DNA of 64,000 nt from Tubulanus polymorphus (GCF_964204645.1 NC_134033.1:3430131-3494130), one strand, 5' to 3'. Numbered from the stretch's first letter, positions 1-13,749 are shown. Numbers and translations: made by a program. Notes: a model not told the origin generated them from the sequence alone.

Positions 1-767
1 GTTGCAGGAATTATAATTCAGGGTTTTTAGAAAGAGCATCAATTTCTACCTTAAAAATTAATTGAATATTTGACATAATTGAATAAAAATCGTTTTTGGA
101 CCGAATTTCGCGGGCGAATCATCAAAATTTGTGACGAAATTGAGGGGGTAAAAACACGAAATCCTGAATATCTCATTTTAGGAACCTCGGATCCAAAATC
201 TAACCTCATATTTGTAATCAGCACCATAAAAAACATGTCTGCACTAAATTTAATTAAAATTGGGCCAAAAAAAAAATTTTTACTTTGTACCCCATTTTTG
301 GGGTGCATATTTTGGGCATTAAAACCCTTATTTGCTCATGAAGATGAATCTCGATTCAAAATCTGATTGCATATCCGGAATCTACACCTCAGAATACATA
401 TTCCTACCAAATTTTGAAGGAATCGGAGAAAAAAAAATTTTCGCTGAAAAAAAACTCCTGGACCTTAAATTTTTGCCATTTTTGGCAAAAAAATCGAATC
501 TCTTCGATTTGCTTGATATTTTAGTTCTTTATATATTCAGGGGTGCGGATTCCAAATCTGCGATCAGATTTTGAATATCTTGATAACTCTGGGGTCCAAG
601 GCCTTTTGAAAATTTAGGGGTCCCCCCAAAAATTCGAATTTCTGATTTTCTGGGCCTCGGATCCGAAAAATTCTTTCAGATTTGTAATCAGCACCTAAGA
701 ATACATGTCTATACAGAATTTCATCGAAATCGGAGACAAAAATTATTTGACCCTTGGCCCCCTACCT
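1..767. mobile_element. End of a non-autonomous DNA transposon with internal direct and inverted subrepeats (runs off the window start)
   Basis: Recurrent modules (gatccaaaatctaacctcatatttgtaatcagcacc / gatccgaaaaattctttcagatttgtaatcagcacc; gaaatcggaga) in both orientations, ending in ...ttggccccctacc. No credible ORF. Confidence 0.45.
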
Positions 768-994
768 TAGATTGCCATTTCTCTGATACACCGTTAACTA
801 GACTTAACTCTAACTGCATATAACTGATTGGTGGCCTCAAATCTATTAAGTTTCATTTATATCTTTTAGGATGTTTGTCATCATTAGGATGAAATTATTG
901 ACGTTTGTGTTTGATGATCAGGACTACATCAGATGAACTGGATAAATATGTGTTGGCAGCGTTAACAAACAAACGAAAACATATTGGGAGAACT

Positions 995-1185
995 TCTCAG
1001 TCTCATCCTCATCTCATCATACTCATCTCTCATTCTCTGTCTCATTCTCATAGTCTCATCCTCATAGTCTCATTCTCATCTCACTCTCTCATTCTCATCT
1101 CTCCATCTCATAGTCTCATTCTCTCCTCTCGCTCTATTTCATTCTCATTCTCTCTCTCCTTACTCTGGTCTCATTCTCCACCATC
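995..1185. repeat. Degenerate (TCTCA)n pyrimidine-rich microsatellite
   Basis: Visible tctca/tctcat iterations; these generate the S/H/L/I-rich ORF 905..1198. Confidence 0.85.
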
Positions 1186-1727
1186 TACCGGGTTGTGATA
1201 GGAACTAGTTCCTGTCTCGCCCGGTAGATGGCATTATTTTTTTGATAAAATTTGCTTAAGCAATGGATAAATAGGAGTTCCTCTGCAGATCGTCATATAT
1301 GTCCCTATAGCGTAGCGGGTAGGGTGCTGCACTGCTAGGCGAGTGGTTGGTGGTTCTAATCCCATAATTATATTTTATTGATGATTAAATAAAATGTTGA
1401 ATTTACTTTTGCAATCAAGCTGTTGAATTTTTATTTTCGATTTTGGTCGTTTCAATAAAATGTTGAATTTTACTTTTGCAAACAAGCTGTAACAAATTCC
1501 TACTTTGAATTTGGAATAAATGCTTCGTCCTTTCCTTTCCTCGAACGTGAGAAGTTGAAAGCGGAAGAGTCCTCCGGTCAAGTGTGAAGTTGTGAGAGGG
1601 AAGAGTCCTTTCCGGGGCAAAGTGCCCGAGACAAAGAGATTTTATTAAAGAGAGCATTTTATATAGATTTATACTTATATTTATACTTTTTATAACATGC
1701 GGCAAAACGAAATAATGACAAGATGTT

Positions 1728-2392
1728 GAGATGGTTCTGTAGTCGGAGTAGAGTCTGCGTCTCGAGGTTTGAAGATGGTTCTGTAGTCGGAGTAGAGTCT
1801 GCGTCTCGAGGTTTGAAGATGGTTCTGTAGTCGGAGTAGAGTCTGCGTCTCGAGGTTTGAAGATGGTTCTGTAGTCGGAGTAGAGTCTGCGTCTCGAGGT
1901 TTGAAGATGGTGCTGTAGTCGGAGTAGAGTCTGCGTCTCGAGGTTTGGAGATGGTGCTGTAGTCGGAGTAGAGTCTGCGTCTCGAGGTTTGAAGATGGTG
2001 CTGTAGTCGGAGTAGAGTCTGCGTCTCGAGGTTTGGAGATGGTTCTGTAGTCGGAGTAGAGTCTGCGTCTCGAGGTTTGAAGATGGTTCTGTAGTCGGAG
2101 TAGAGTCTGCGTCTCGAGGTTTGAAGATGGTGCTGTAGTCGGAGTAGAGTCTGCGTCTCGAGGTTTGGAGATGGTTCTGTAGTCGGAGTAGAGTCTGCGT
2201 CTCGAGGTTTGAAGATGGTGCTTTAATCGGAGTAGAGTCTGCGTCTCGAGGTGTGGAGATGGTTCTGTAGTCGGAGTAGAGTCTGCGTCTCGAGGTTTGA
2301 AGATGGTGCTTTAGTCGGAGTAGAGTCTGCGTCTCGAGGTGTGGAGATGGTTCTGTAGTCGGAGTAGAGTCTGCGTCTCGAGGTTTGAAGAT
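1728..2392. repeat. 44-bp minisatellite, about 15 near-identical copies
   Basis: Unit gaagatggttctgtagtcggagtagagtctgcgtctcgaggttt with a 44-bp period (agtcgg at 1741 and 1785). No unique spacers. Confidence 0.97.
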
Positions 2393-3743
2393 CAAATATT
2401 GCCGGCTGAAAAACAAATCGGATAATCGTCAAGCTAATGAAGAAGATTGATTATGCAAAATGTACGGATGGGTGTAGTTTAATATAATTACCTTATCTTA
2501 ACGTAAAGATACCGAAACAGCAAAATGTGGGTTGATGCGGTTCCCAATGCAGCAGCAGACTAGTTCAGGACGTTGCGACAAACGAGTTGTGTACATGTAG
2601 TTGTCAGTAGTAGCGAACTGGTTTCGGTTTAACCCTAAAAAGACACAATATTCATAATGTATAAATGTGTGTGAAATTGAACATCGGAAATAAAGCGACA
2701 ACAGCAACTCGTCTTCATCAGCAAATTAGCCGTCATCTGTTCGTTGTTGAAATCCGACATCAACAGCAGCAGCAACACCAGTAACAGCAGCAGCAGTATC
2801 GGGATCTCCATCAACAGCCGCCAGTCTCATCTTACGTTCTCAATCGCTAGGCGTCACAAATTCCTTCACGTTCCAGTCTCTCCTAACATCATCAGCTGCT
2901 TATTAGTAGGTTGTTTGCTTGAAGCCACACGTTCCTCACGCCTTGTTGCAGAGCTCTTATAGGTTGACCTTCATCACAGGACATCGGTTCTCGGACTGGC
3001 GCCGGGTAGCTCGAACCGCGCTTCTAATACCTACGTCAACCAATCAACGACGGTGCATCATCGATGCGACCGGAATGGATCAATCAGAAAGCTCGATCGC
3101 GCATTCCTGTGACAGACCCGAGTCCGTGACGCTAATCCGACAGAACCATTCAATTCGTGCCAAACATTTTCAATGGGCCTACAGGTCATCGAGTTTAATT
3201 CGACTATTCATAGAGGCACATATTGTTTAAGATAGAAATATCGAATGCTACGATTTTAGCCTAAAATTGTATGCTGAAATTTTATCTAAACTATCCAACA
3301 AACTTTAGTGTAGATTTCCCTTCTATTTACGTCTGGTTTTGAACTATAATACCGGCTCAATTTTACTATTTTCGAGTTTTGCTTTAGGATATCGAAGTTT
3401 GCTTAAGGGTTTGTGCAGTCACGCGGCACTATTGTGTAGTAGAGCGTATGACAGGTCTCCAGAGAGTGATTCTCTATTGGATAGAGTTGTTTTCAATGCG
3501 AATTTATACACAAGTCCACCAGACATCGCCGCGTACACATCTTCTTTAACTGAAATCTGGTGAAATTAAAAAATTATCAAAGTTTTATCATCAGTTGAGA
3601 AAGAACTGTGATTGATCACCGCGCGCTGCTTGCACCGAATAGTCGCTTGGATTTCTTCAGTTCGAGGAATTGAATAAATATAAAAACATTTCCCAAACCC
3701 TCACCACTAAACTTAAAATAACAAACTAATATTGTAAAAAAGT

Positions 3744-4020
3744 CGAAGGTCCCTGGGGGAATTACTCCGCAGCCTGGACCGGTATTGTGGGATAAATAAA
3801 TAATTCAGCCAGAAACGACTGAATTAAACATAATTTACCCCACACCAGTTATTTTGTAGGACTCACGCATTAGCAACCTCATTCCAGGGAGGACAGTACT
3901 CTCGACTCGCCCGCTTACCGGAGATCATTTGCCACATCCTGACCCGCCTCCTCCGAGACTCGAACCTGGGCCACAGCGGTGACACGCTAGTCGCCGACCG
4001 ACTAAGCCATCCGGTCCGCC
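3744..4020 (-). mobile_element. tRNA-derived SINE
   Basis: The minus strand begins ggcggaccggaTGGCTTAGTCGG (A box) ... GGTTCGAGTC (B box), followed by a non-tRNA body. Confidence 0.7.
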
Positions 4021-7000
4021 CGATTGTGATAGGAAAACATTCTAACATGTAACTACGTATGTAACATGTACATGTACCATGTACATGTACATGTACATGT
4101 AACCATCGATTTCAAATTTGATTCATGCAACTGATTTCATACGTCATCTGATGCTGTATTTTGTTGAGATATATTTGGTTGACGAAAAGTGGCTTAATTA
4201 CATCAGCAAACTGCAGAATTTCTTTTCTATTGCGTCTGGCAAATCCGGTAAAATCCACCGAATTACTCGTTAATTTGTTTAATTTGTATTTATCTCGGAT
4301 TTAGCTTTAACTAACAACTGTGCAACCGGGTGCAGTTTGTCTATCCCCGTATCAACGCGGTGAACCCTTCGTTTCGGGATTCGAACCCAACGGCAGAGTA
4401 GAAATTATTTCTGTTTAGGAAATTAAGGTTAGGTTAGGTTTAAGCTTAGTCAAACAGATGACGGACCCTCGTTATAGCAAACTGAAATACAGTAGACTCA
4501 ATCTTAACTCGAATCGATTGTGATCTCAGTGATTTGTGTTTGAATTCCAATTTAACAACGGAAATCTGATTGCCAGCATTGAATGTAATGATTCCAGTAT
4601 TTGTGTTCGGAGTTTCAATGCTTATTCGACTTGAAGAGATTCGAGTTTTATGAGTAATCTAACGATTTATCAGATATAAACAACTGAAAACATTTTCTTC
4701 ATTGCATATTGGATCATACAATTTAAATCGTATATGTTGTAACCCGCTTTAATCGTCTGACACTAAAACCATTCTAGATTCTGTATTTAGAGGCGAGACA
4801 AATATGAAAATTATTGAGAAATAACTAAAATTGTGGATTTGTCACCCGACGCTCAATAACACAAAACTTTTGCAGGGATTTACTGAAACTGAAGTGTCCG
4901 TTCAAACTTTAAAATTGGCTTTAAGTTCAAATTATAAAACCAATTCTAAACACATTTGACCTGGTCCAGAGTTGATACGGGTAATTCGGCAGTATAGGAA
5001 GGTGGGCTAGACTATGACGGGCGCCTGAGAGGAGTCGAGTGAAGGTTTGTTAAGGGTTGTCGCATATATACCTCAAATTTGCGTTAAATTTTTTATATTT
5101 GCAATTATTATAAAACGAACCATTTTGGAAATCAACTAATCAATTGTCTCCATGTGTTTTTAAATGAAAGCGCGATGGAGCTAATGAAATAGGGCATCAA
5201 GTCGTCGACATGGTGACTAGAAAGGTATCATTATGTATTGTAAACGAGTATATCAGATAGTCACGTGAAGTGTGGGTTTGACTATTTCACGGAATGGCTT
5301 CTTATCGTAATAATGTTATAAATGTGTAAGTCACCGGTTCCGCAGATTGTGGTTCTAAACAACGCAACAGATGTCGCCTTCGCTAATTTACACCTGTCGT
5401 ACTAGAGTTTTCTCAGGAGACTCAGGAGGTTAGCTCGGTGGGCACAGGACGGCGCTCCGGCCCACAGACTGATTGAGGTTAGAAACGGACTTTCACTGAG
5501 ATGCGTCCTGTCAGACGTCTACTTCGCTCACAAATCCTAAAGCTCGCGCCACTAATTTCCCTGTTAACTGAATTACTGTAGAGATTGATCTAAAAGTTGA
5601 AATAATGTTCATGTAACTGGTATCTGGCTGATTAATGGAGACGTCATCAACTTTAGGAAGCAGAGCCTCATCAGAAATGATTTTGTCCCGGAAACCGTTT
5701 TTACATTCGAATAAACTTTGTACGATTTTGATGAATAAAATTCATGTAGGAATCAAGGTTTCAAGTTTGTCATTTTAGTCAAATCTGCGACAAGTGTAAA
5801 TAACGAGTCACTTTATTTTAATAAATCTTGCTCAGTCACACGTATAAAACCAGTCAACCAAATACAATACATTGAAATAGTGAAGCTGATTTTCTAGTGA
5901 ATCTGGAGTAATTGAATATAAAGTTTTATAATCGGTTTAATATCTTTGGTTATGAAAATATCCGAAAAATGACATCCGTTGCGTTTCCTAAGAACCACCC
6001 AGTAGAGTTTGGATGCTGAAACGACGCTTTGCTCATCTGCTGGTGCTGTATAAGGACTTCTCTCCGCTGGTTCAAGGTTCCGATACCGATACATTTAACA
6101 ATGTTGAGTTCCTCTAGGTAAGTGAAGTGTTTAGCGATTTGAAATACTCGAAACCAATATAGTTTGTGATAACGAGGGTCCACTGTAGTGCAATAGTGCA
6201 GGTGTCAATCTCTAACCAGGAACCGCCTCTTCAGACAATTACCATTTACAGTTTATGATTTGCGGACAATCAGTTTTTTAAAGTGTGCTGATTTCAATGT
6301 CTGTCTATAGTGTTTGTATAGTTATTGTCTCGGGTGAAGCCCTGTGGACCCAGTTCCACTCATTGAAAATCATCTAATCTTAACTCAGAGTTAACTCACA
6401 ACTGTCGAACTGGATCCTGAGAACACGTGGGACGTGTAGGGACATTCAATCACAAGGATCGTTGATATCGACTGTCTGAAGATGGTTCATGGTTCCGGCA
6501 GCAGATTGATACCAACATTAATTCAATAACTGTTTGGAATCAATTATTTCATGCTGACTTAAGCGGTCACTTGTTGCGTTAGCGATTACGTTTTTGCTGA
6601 CCACTTCTATTACGGTACTCAAATGTAGACGTGTCTGACGTGTCTAAATGCTATCTGTCATAATCGTCTTTTCTGGGTTGTCACCGTAAGTTCGAACCCC
6701 ACATTCAAAATAATGCTTTTATCAATAACCATTTCGAATTCTTTTGAACTACGGGCGTTTTTTGTGTTAGGAAAACTCATTCTTTTCGGATTTCTATGAA
6801 AAGTTCTTAAACCCGACCTAAATTGCAAAAATCTGAATCAATTTCTATTTAGATTGATCATTCAAACATGTATTTCACAACCACTTTATTTTCATAAATC
6901 ACACTCTCGTAGACCTCGCATATCTTCAGGTATTCAACCTCCTCACAGCGTCATCCTCTTATACTACGACACCGTCATCCTCGACACCCTACAAAACCAA

Positions 7001-8827
7001 TAGCATCAACATTTTAAAAGACTATGCAGGGCATATTTATGAAAAGGTGGTTGTGATTAGCTATAGACACGTCAGTGATATTTACTCCTTTTCAACGTGT
7101 TTTTCTAACTCAAATTTGTTTTAGGGGCACGAGTTACTAGGGGTCAGCGTCCCCGAAAAATGCGGAACCGCATCACGAAACGCCCTAGAGGAAGGCGGAA
7201 TATAGAGGGAGACGTGTTGGTTCTCGAGTACGACGCGGACAGAGGGTGGCCTTGTTTGTCAGGCCAGAAACGGCCATAGTGGGTAGTACCCTACAACCAA
7301 TCGAAATAGCCGGAGTGTCCCCTCTATGGCCGGGTTCGGACCCCGAGACTTCTTAATCCGCCGCTAGGGGTTACGCTACAGCAAACAATGGGAATTCCTG
7401 CCAGCTACAACCAACTTTTACAATTATTTCGTTTAAAGGACAGTTTTAGCATAATCTTATCATAACTTTATCATGTTTTCAATTTTCCTGCGGTTTATTT
7501 TGTAGGGTACTGTAAGTGATGATGTCATGAGATCGAGGATTCATGGCCTGAAGAAGATGTGCAAGGTTTTCTAAATACGATTTTGTAAATTGAATTGATG
7601 GTAATAGAATTTAATCGAATTATTATCATCAGTCTTCTGTTGTAATTAATTATGGATATATTGGATTTGAATGGACGTCATTGATAAACTAAAAGGACGC
7701 GGCCGAATCGAATGCGAGCTGAACCAATTAGATTTGAACTTAGTCATCTTTAAAGCAAATAATGGGTCTCAAAGGCTTAATTTGGGCCGAAAGCTTACAT
7801 TGAGGATCAACGAAAGTGAGAGAATTTTCCAAAACGAACTATCATGAACAGGTGGTTGTAACTGACAGGATTCAAACATCACTATAGCGTTATATATAGT
7901 AATCACTACAGACAACGTGTTTAAATTCGATTCTAAATTATGAATTAATGCTGAAATCAAACTGAAGCCTGGAACCTGCTACCCCTCAAACTTGACTGGA
8001 CCCTGCTACACCTCAAACCTGACCATGTATCACCATTAATTCCAATTTTCGATCATTTAGAGTTCATACCAGATAATTAGAAATCAAAATTAAAGATGAA
8101 CTAAACTCCAGGCAAAGAATTCGATCAGAAACGTTTAAAAGTGATCAGAAATGTTTTGATTCTAGGATACAGACTGATACCTTCGATAATGGACCCTCGT
8201 TACTGCAAAACTCATGGGTTGACTATTTCATATTATTTAATGATAACCTCACCTACCTAAAAGGAATTCGCCTACCTACAGAAAAACGACAAAGAAATTC
8301 GAACTCGGCACCAGCAGATGAGCGAAGCGTCCTTTACAGCATTCCAGCTTTACTGGGTGGTTCTTAACAACTCAACAGATGTCATTCTAACGATTAGTTT
8401 TAAACCGGAGTTGACAACTCGAAAGAACTTGGTATTCAATTGCGTCAGGTCAAGTCCAGCTTAATTTCAATGCATTGTACAGGTTTTACAGGTGTGACTG
8501 AGCAAGAACATTAAGAGAATCGTAATTTACACTTGTCGCAGATTTAACCAAAATGACAAAAACTTAAAACAGAACAAAATAGTTTCCACTGTTACTTTAT
8601 TCAAAATCTGCCATCATTTTTTCCGAGAATGCTATCCCAAGCTCTATTAATTTGCTGAAGCCGACTCGTCGCTGGACACCAGAAAGGGCCATCACAAAAT
8701 ACATATGTCTTCATTCGTTCAGTTCACTGAGGAAGTACAGTCAACATCGCTGAAGTCTTCTTTAGTTGAGAGAATCATTAAAATGATTTCTTAGCGAAAG
8801 AATGTCTTACAAATACTCCAGAGAACG

Positions 8828-9268
8828 GGATACTGGCAACACCAGATGGCGCAACAAAATACTGGGTTGGAAATGGTTGCAGTGTAAATAAAATCGTAAT
8901 CGTAATCGTATCACACCCGCAATATTTGTATATATTGTTCAACTTAGTAATCAATTTTTCTTCCATATGATGATTAAATCCTTCATGTACCAAAAGTTTT
9001 GGTTAGATCGCAATAAGCTATCTTATCTATCACAACTTTATTCGTAGTGAAAATCAATTAATTTTCAATGAAATTTGAACATCATTTTTAAGCTTCCAAA
9101 TCCGGAAATTATCAAACGAGTCATCGAATAGATATAAGAGTTCCTTTCTCTCTTTTAGTGTTTGGTATTGATTTCACCGATAATTGATTGAATAATCGTA
9201 AAAGTTGACTCGAATTAAATCGAAATGTAGATTGAATCGCGGTAACGCAGTACCACTAGCGATCCCGG
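8828..9268 (+). mobile_element. Degenerate copy of the MITE family also found at 11913-12264 and 24100-24375
   Basis: Shares accagatggcgc, ttttcaatga..tttgaac, aaaagtt...aatgtaga and ctagcga blocks with the other copies. Confidence 0.55.
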
Positions 9269-9911
9269 CGGATTTTTGCTGAAGCCTCGCTTCTCTCAGT
9301 AGCCTTGCCGATATCCCATTGTAAACACTTTAGAGTAATCATTTTACTCCAAGGTATATACAAATACAGATGTAGTGTGATGACTAAGCTGATTAGATGA
9401 CCTAAGGTAGGTTGACTGTAGTGGCAAGGTGTTAGGCCTGGTAAACGAGGGATCATCTGTTGGTCGGAAATTGCAAAAACCATTTCAGTAAAAAGTCTAT
9501 TTCTGTCATGAAAGCGCTCCGGTGGGCCGGAGCGCCGTCCTGTGCCCACCGAGCTAACCTCCTCAGTCTCCTGAGAAAACTCTACGACAAGTGTACATTA
9601 GCGAAGGCGACATCTGTTGCGTTTTTCAGAACTACCCTTCGTAGTAACCACAATCTCCGCTTGTTGATCTACTGCAGAGAGTCCGAGAGAAGTTTACTTT
9701 ACTTTCAAAAGGCAACTGCAAGTGTAAAATGCCGATAGCGTTGAAAATGTTCTCGCATGGAACATCTACGAAAGTAAGTATAATTCTCGATCAATACTAA
9801 ACATTATATCAACGAAACAAGATTTGCATCGGTTAATACTCTATTGCCCTTGACACCAAACACAAACTCTCAAACAGTCATACTATTTCTGTTTCCGTAA
9901 AAACTCGATAT

Positions 9912-10045
9912 TCATTTCAGGATGAGATCGAAACGTCGTGTCTTTTAGAATTATTGATAAGATAAACTATCGATTTTAAAATTCCTTTGATTTGTACATA
10001 GTGGGCTTTTATCTTATAATCCGTTCACCACGTATGAATGTGATT
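9912..10045 (+). mobile_element. Penelope-like element terminal-repeat fragment (partial hammerhead motif)
   Basis: gagatcgaaacgtcgtgtc plus ttataatccgttcaccacgtatgaatgtg, both shared with the copies at 15240-15425 and 28338-28641. Confidence 0.55.
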
Positions 10046-10652
10046 ATTTTACTACTGTGACACTGCGTTTTTTACTTTTCATACGTGTAGACACATGGGG
10101 TGATATATTCTCTTCCTGCCACACACCAACGAATCAAAATAGACTGGTAAAGGACAGTTATAGATATCGACTTGATAGATAAAAACGCTTCTTGGACAGT
10201 TGTTAATATTGGTCCTAAAATATACAATGAGCTACGCTAAGTTAATACCTATCGACCGAATCAAAAGCCTTTTCAAAATCTATGGAGGCATAGTAAAGTA
10301 AATCCAACTCGTCAGAGAAACAGATCGATAATACTTTTGGAAAAAAGAAATAGAAAGTGTGAAATTAACAGCTTGAACTATTTAAGTAATATATAATATT
10401 TAAGTATCTTATTAAGGAAATACTCTCATGTAACTAAATATTCAAGAACAATTATCAAGAGTGTCAATGATATATCGTTGTTCATACGAAGTACCTCAAA
10501 TAAATGTACTTTTTCAAGTGACCGACATCATATTAGAGGAGAGACACAGTCTGGTAGATTTGCACTTTGCAGATCCCCGAAATGTATGAATTATTTCGAT
10601 TGAGCTTGGAGTAATCATTTGACAAATTTGTCAAATGATCACTCCAACGATT

Positions 10653-10900
10653 GAGCGAGCGGTGTGGGCCAGTGGTTAGAGCGTTCGACTCTGGGAAGCC
10701 AGGTCATGGGTTCGAACCCCGTTACCGTATAGTGTCCCCGGGCAAGACATTCATCCTCATCGGCTCTCTTCACCCAGGAGTAAATAGGTAACTGGTCTAA
10801 TCGATGACTACTCCTGAGCGTCTAGCAGCTGCTCGGATGTTACTTCTCCCCGGGGAGAGATGACTGACACATAAATAGAGTTAAAGGCTAATTCATACCA
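10653..10900 (+). mobile_element. tRNA-derived SINE with a CORE-like central domain
   Basis: A box (gtgggccagtggttagagc) and B box (ggttcgaaccc), then gtgtccccgggcaagacattcatcctc...cacccaggagtaaataggta, which resembles the CORE-SINE domain. Confidence 0.75.
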
Positions 10901-11104
10901 AATTTGGAGCGCATTTGAAGAGACTCTAGTTTTGATTCCTTTGACAATTATTAGTATTAGTATTATCTATTTTCTTTTACTTTGTTTTTTTTAATTCTTT
11001 TGCTGTGTGTGCGTCAAGTACTAAACACTGACGGAAAAACAAACCATGAAGTCGAGTGCAACGCCCTCTATAGTCAAATGCAAGCGGCCTCACAGGATTT
11101 TCAT

Positions 11105-12557
11105 TCAAACGCGGCCGGATTTGCATTTTTGCGTCGTCAACTGAACAACAGCGAGTCTGAATTTGCTATTAGACAAACAATAGACTAAAAAGTTCATGCA
11201 TGAATCTACCACGGTCAGACCGATGGCGATCTTTCGCCGAACCATCAGCGACTCCATATAACCTAAATTACCTATGGGAGAATAAAATGTTGGAAAACCA
11301 AATAAATGCATTTTTTCAATAAGTTGCGTAGTTTCTAAGCAGACGAAAACAGCTAGAAGAGTAAATGACATTCTCAATACGCGTAACTCTAACGTATTGG
11401 AAGTTGGAATCTTTATAGCTGAACGACTTTTACCGATTCGTGAAAATTTGATCACAATCAAAGCCGCGATCAAAACGACGTTTACGACAAACAGCGCGAC
11501 CATTGGAGTGACGATACCAGATACTGCACCCCACCAGCCTTCTACGCGATGCTTCCAACGATTGAAAGGTCCGTAGTAAGCGAAAAACCTGCCCCGCCCG
11601 AGAGTAGGTGAATAGTGAATACATCGCCAGGGCTCAAGAGCTCGTTGCGGGAAGAAATGTCGGAAGGAAAAAACAAACACTGAAAACATTTATCAAGAAT
11701 ATGAGAAAATTCACTACTTTTCGCGTCAAGAACAATCTCGATTTTAACGGGAAAAGCGTAATTACGAGTCTTTCTAAACTGATGAGAACAACGCACCAGT
11801 TTCTTGTCTGTTGAAACATAAAAAACGGTCCCAACGCGACTTGTATTAATTCCCAGCCAAAATGCCAATCATCCATACGCAAAATGGTATCCCCTAAATG
11901 TATATAGAGGTGAATGGGGTACCCGCGAAACCAGCTATACCACCAGATGGCGCGACAAGCAGTAGGTCGTTCGTTGTCAAAATTAGTTCATTTTCAATGA
12001 CATTTGAACTGGATTTTTGAACTCCTCAATCTATATACTATCACAGCACCTACCAATATACAATACTTTCATTCTTCTAATCGGATATCGGTAAAGTTTC
12101 CAAAAATGATTCATTCATTTAAGAGAAAAGTTATTTTAGGTTTAATTGAAATGTAGACGAAATCGAACCTGGACGACCAACTATCTACTAGCGACACCTG
12201 GCGGATCCTCGCCTGCCATACGTGGAATCCTCGATTGCCACAGTAGCACTGCGGGTACCCCATTGTGCGTAGAGGGTACATGACGAACGCACTTGATGAA
12301 TAACATATGTCCAAAATAGCAAGAACTTTGAGTAAATAGTAAACATCTTTGTTCACCTTTTTCAAGACTAAAATCGTTAGGAGGTTCAAAGCGGTGCCCA
12401 ATATAGTGACGGGTCCGTAAATGAAAATGTACATATAAACGCTGATTTCATATTCCAAGCGGATCGGATGAGTATTCTGGACACGACCGCAAATGCCATG
12501 ATAGACTCGTGTGGTAACAGTACTTGACAGAACAGTAGTGTTTGAATAGCTCGTCAT
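11105..12557 (-). pseudogene. Class A (rhodopsin-like, peptide-receptor-like) GPCR pseudogene
   Basis: Three fragments in different frames: TM1-TM2 (GTALNLLTILVL; LAILD) at 12265-12557, TM3-TM4 (TRNWCVVLISLERL..FP) at about 11640-11912, and TM5-TM7 (DSCMNFLVYCLSNSKFR) at 11105-11640. Interrupted by a 352-bp MITE and a frameshift near 11645. Confidence 0.85.
11913..12264. mobile_element. MITE inserted in the GPCR CDS, with 14-bp TIRs and an apparent 3-bp TSD
   Basis: aatggggtacccgc (11913-11926) ... gcgggtaccccatt (12251-12264), flanked by gtg on both sides. Confidence 0.85.
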
Positions 12558-12838
12558 TCTTCTAGAGGTGACCCACTCGAAATTCAACTTTGGAGAGTAA
12601 AATATCACCTGGCGTCAGTACACACCCATTTTCAACAGCAGATAGTAATTTGTAAGAGACGACTACGAGTTGTTATATTCTACCTTAGCCCGAGGTACAA
12701 AGGCCTATTCGGAGTTATGGTGCACCGCTCGGGAACTCGAAAGCTCGATACTTTTAGAATTATACGCTATGAGTTCGTATTCGTATTTTGCTTGTAAGTT
12801 TATCAGAAATCAGTTGCACTGCCAGAACTTATAGACCA

Positions 12839-12994
12839 GGGGCCAGTTGCATAGTCACGACTTATGTCGTAACGTGGTCTAACATTTTAAGACTGGCCTT
12901 AAGTTTTTAGATTGGCTATAGAACTAAGTTGATCTTAGGTCTGGTAGACCTAAGACTGGTCTTAGGTCTAAGCCATGACTATGTTTCTGGCCCC
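12839..12994. mobile_element. Palindromic MITE with GGGGCC termini (Harbinger-like); relatives at about 29200-29560 and 33115-33750
   Basis: ggggccagttgcatagtcacgactta ... aagccatgactatgtttctggcccc, with internal taagactggtcttaag modules. Confidence 0.7.
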
Positions 12995-13749
12995 TGAGTC
13001 TATTGTAAAGCCAATCTAACAACAAGACCAGTCTAAACACTTTTGGTCCAGCTAAAATAACCGTTTAATAGTCTCGAATGCAACTGGGTGCTGGTACAAT
13101 GCATTTATGTTAATATCTAGAAATCTTAAATGGTATTCAATAAGATATAAGATAAGAAAAGTTTATTACTCTCCTACCATTTTCATGGTATAAGGAGGAA
13201 AAATAGTTTTGTTTACAAATAAAGAAAAATAAGTTTTTAGAACCACCCTTCGCCGAACTCGGAACCTACATTTTATAAATATCATGATTAAAACAAAACA
13301 AGAAGTCATTCCGTGAAATAGTCAAACCCGAAATTCATATGACTAATTTAATCTACTCGTTATAACCCAGTTAATCGCCATTGACCCATCAGATATTTCA
13401 TTCAAGATTCAAAGATTTAACTTTGAAACACATAATTTAGAACCATAACAACAAAAGAATATCAAAGATATCAATCAGGTCTTTCTAACACCTCAAACAT
13501 TTAACACTGGTCAGAAATTAATTCGAGTTAAGAGGAATGTTAGGAGTCTAATGTATCTGAAATTGCTGTAACGAGGGCCAATCTGTTTGATAGATAGGCT
13601 TAAACCCGACATAACCTAAGTTTCCTATACGAAAAACTGTTAGAAATTCTACTCACCAATTCATGGATTTCTTCGATCGATCAGTTAATCTGTTTGTTCC
13701 TTAGAAGATATGACATCCAAGCAGGCTGCAGTACTGAGCTCTGTTGGTC

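Noticed and set aside
1301-1368. tRNA-like sequence (tagcgtagcgg...ggttctaatccc)
   Set aside because: No acceptor stem and a degenerate B box; at most a decayed SINE head.
1415-2416. 333-aa ORF and CRISPR-like appearance of the 44-bp array
   Set aside because: Head-to-tail repeats with no unique spacers, no cas genes and a eukaryotic context. The ORF is only the satellite read through.
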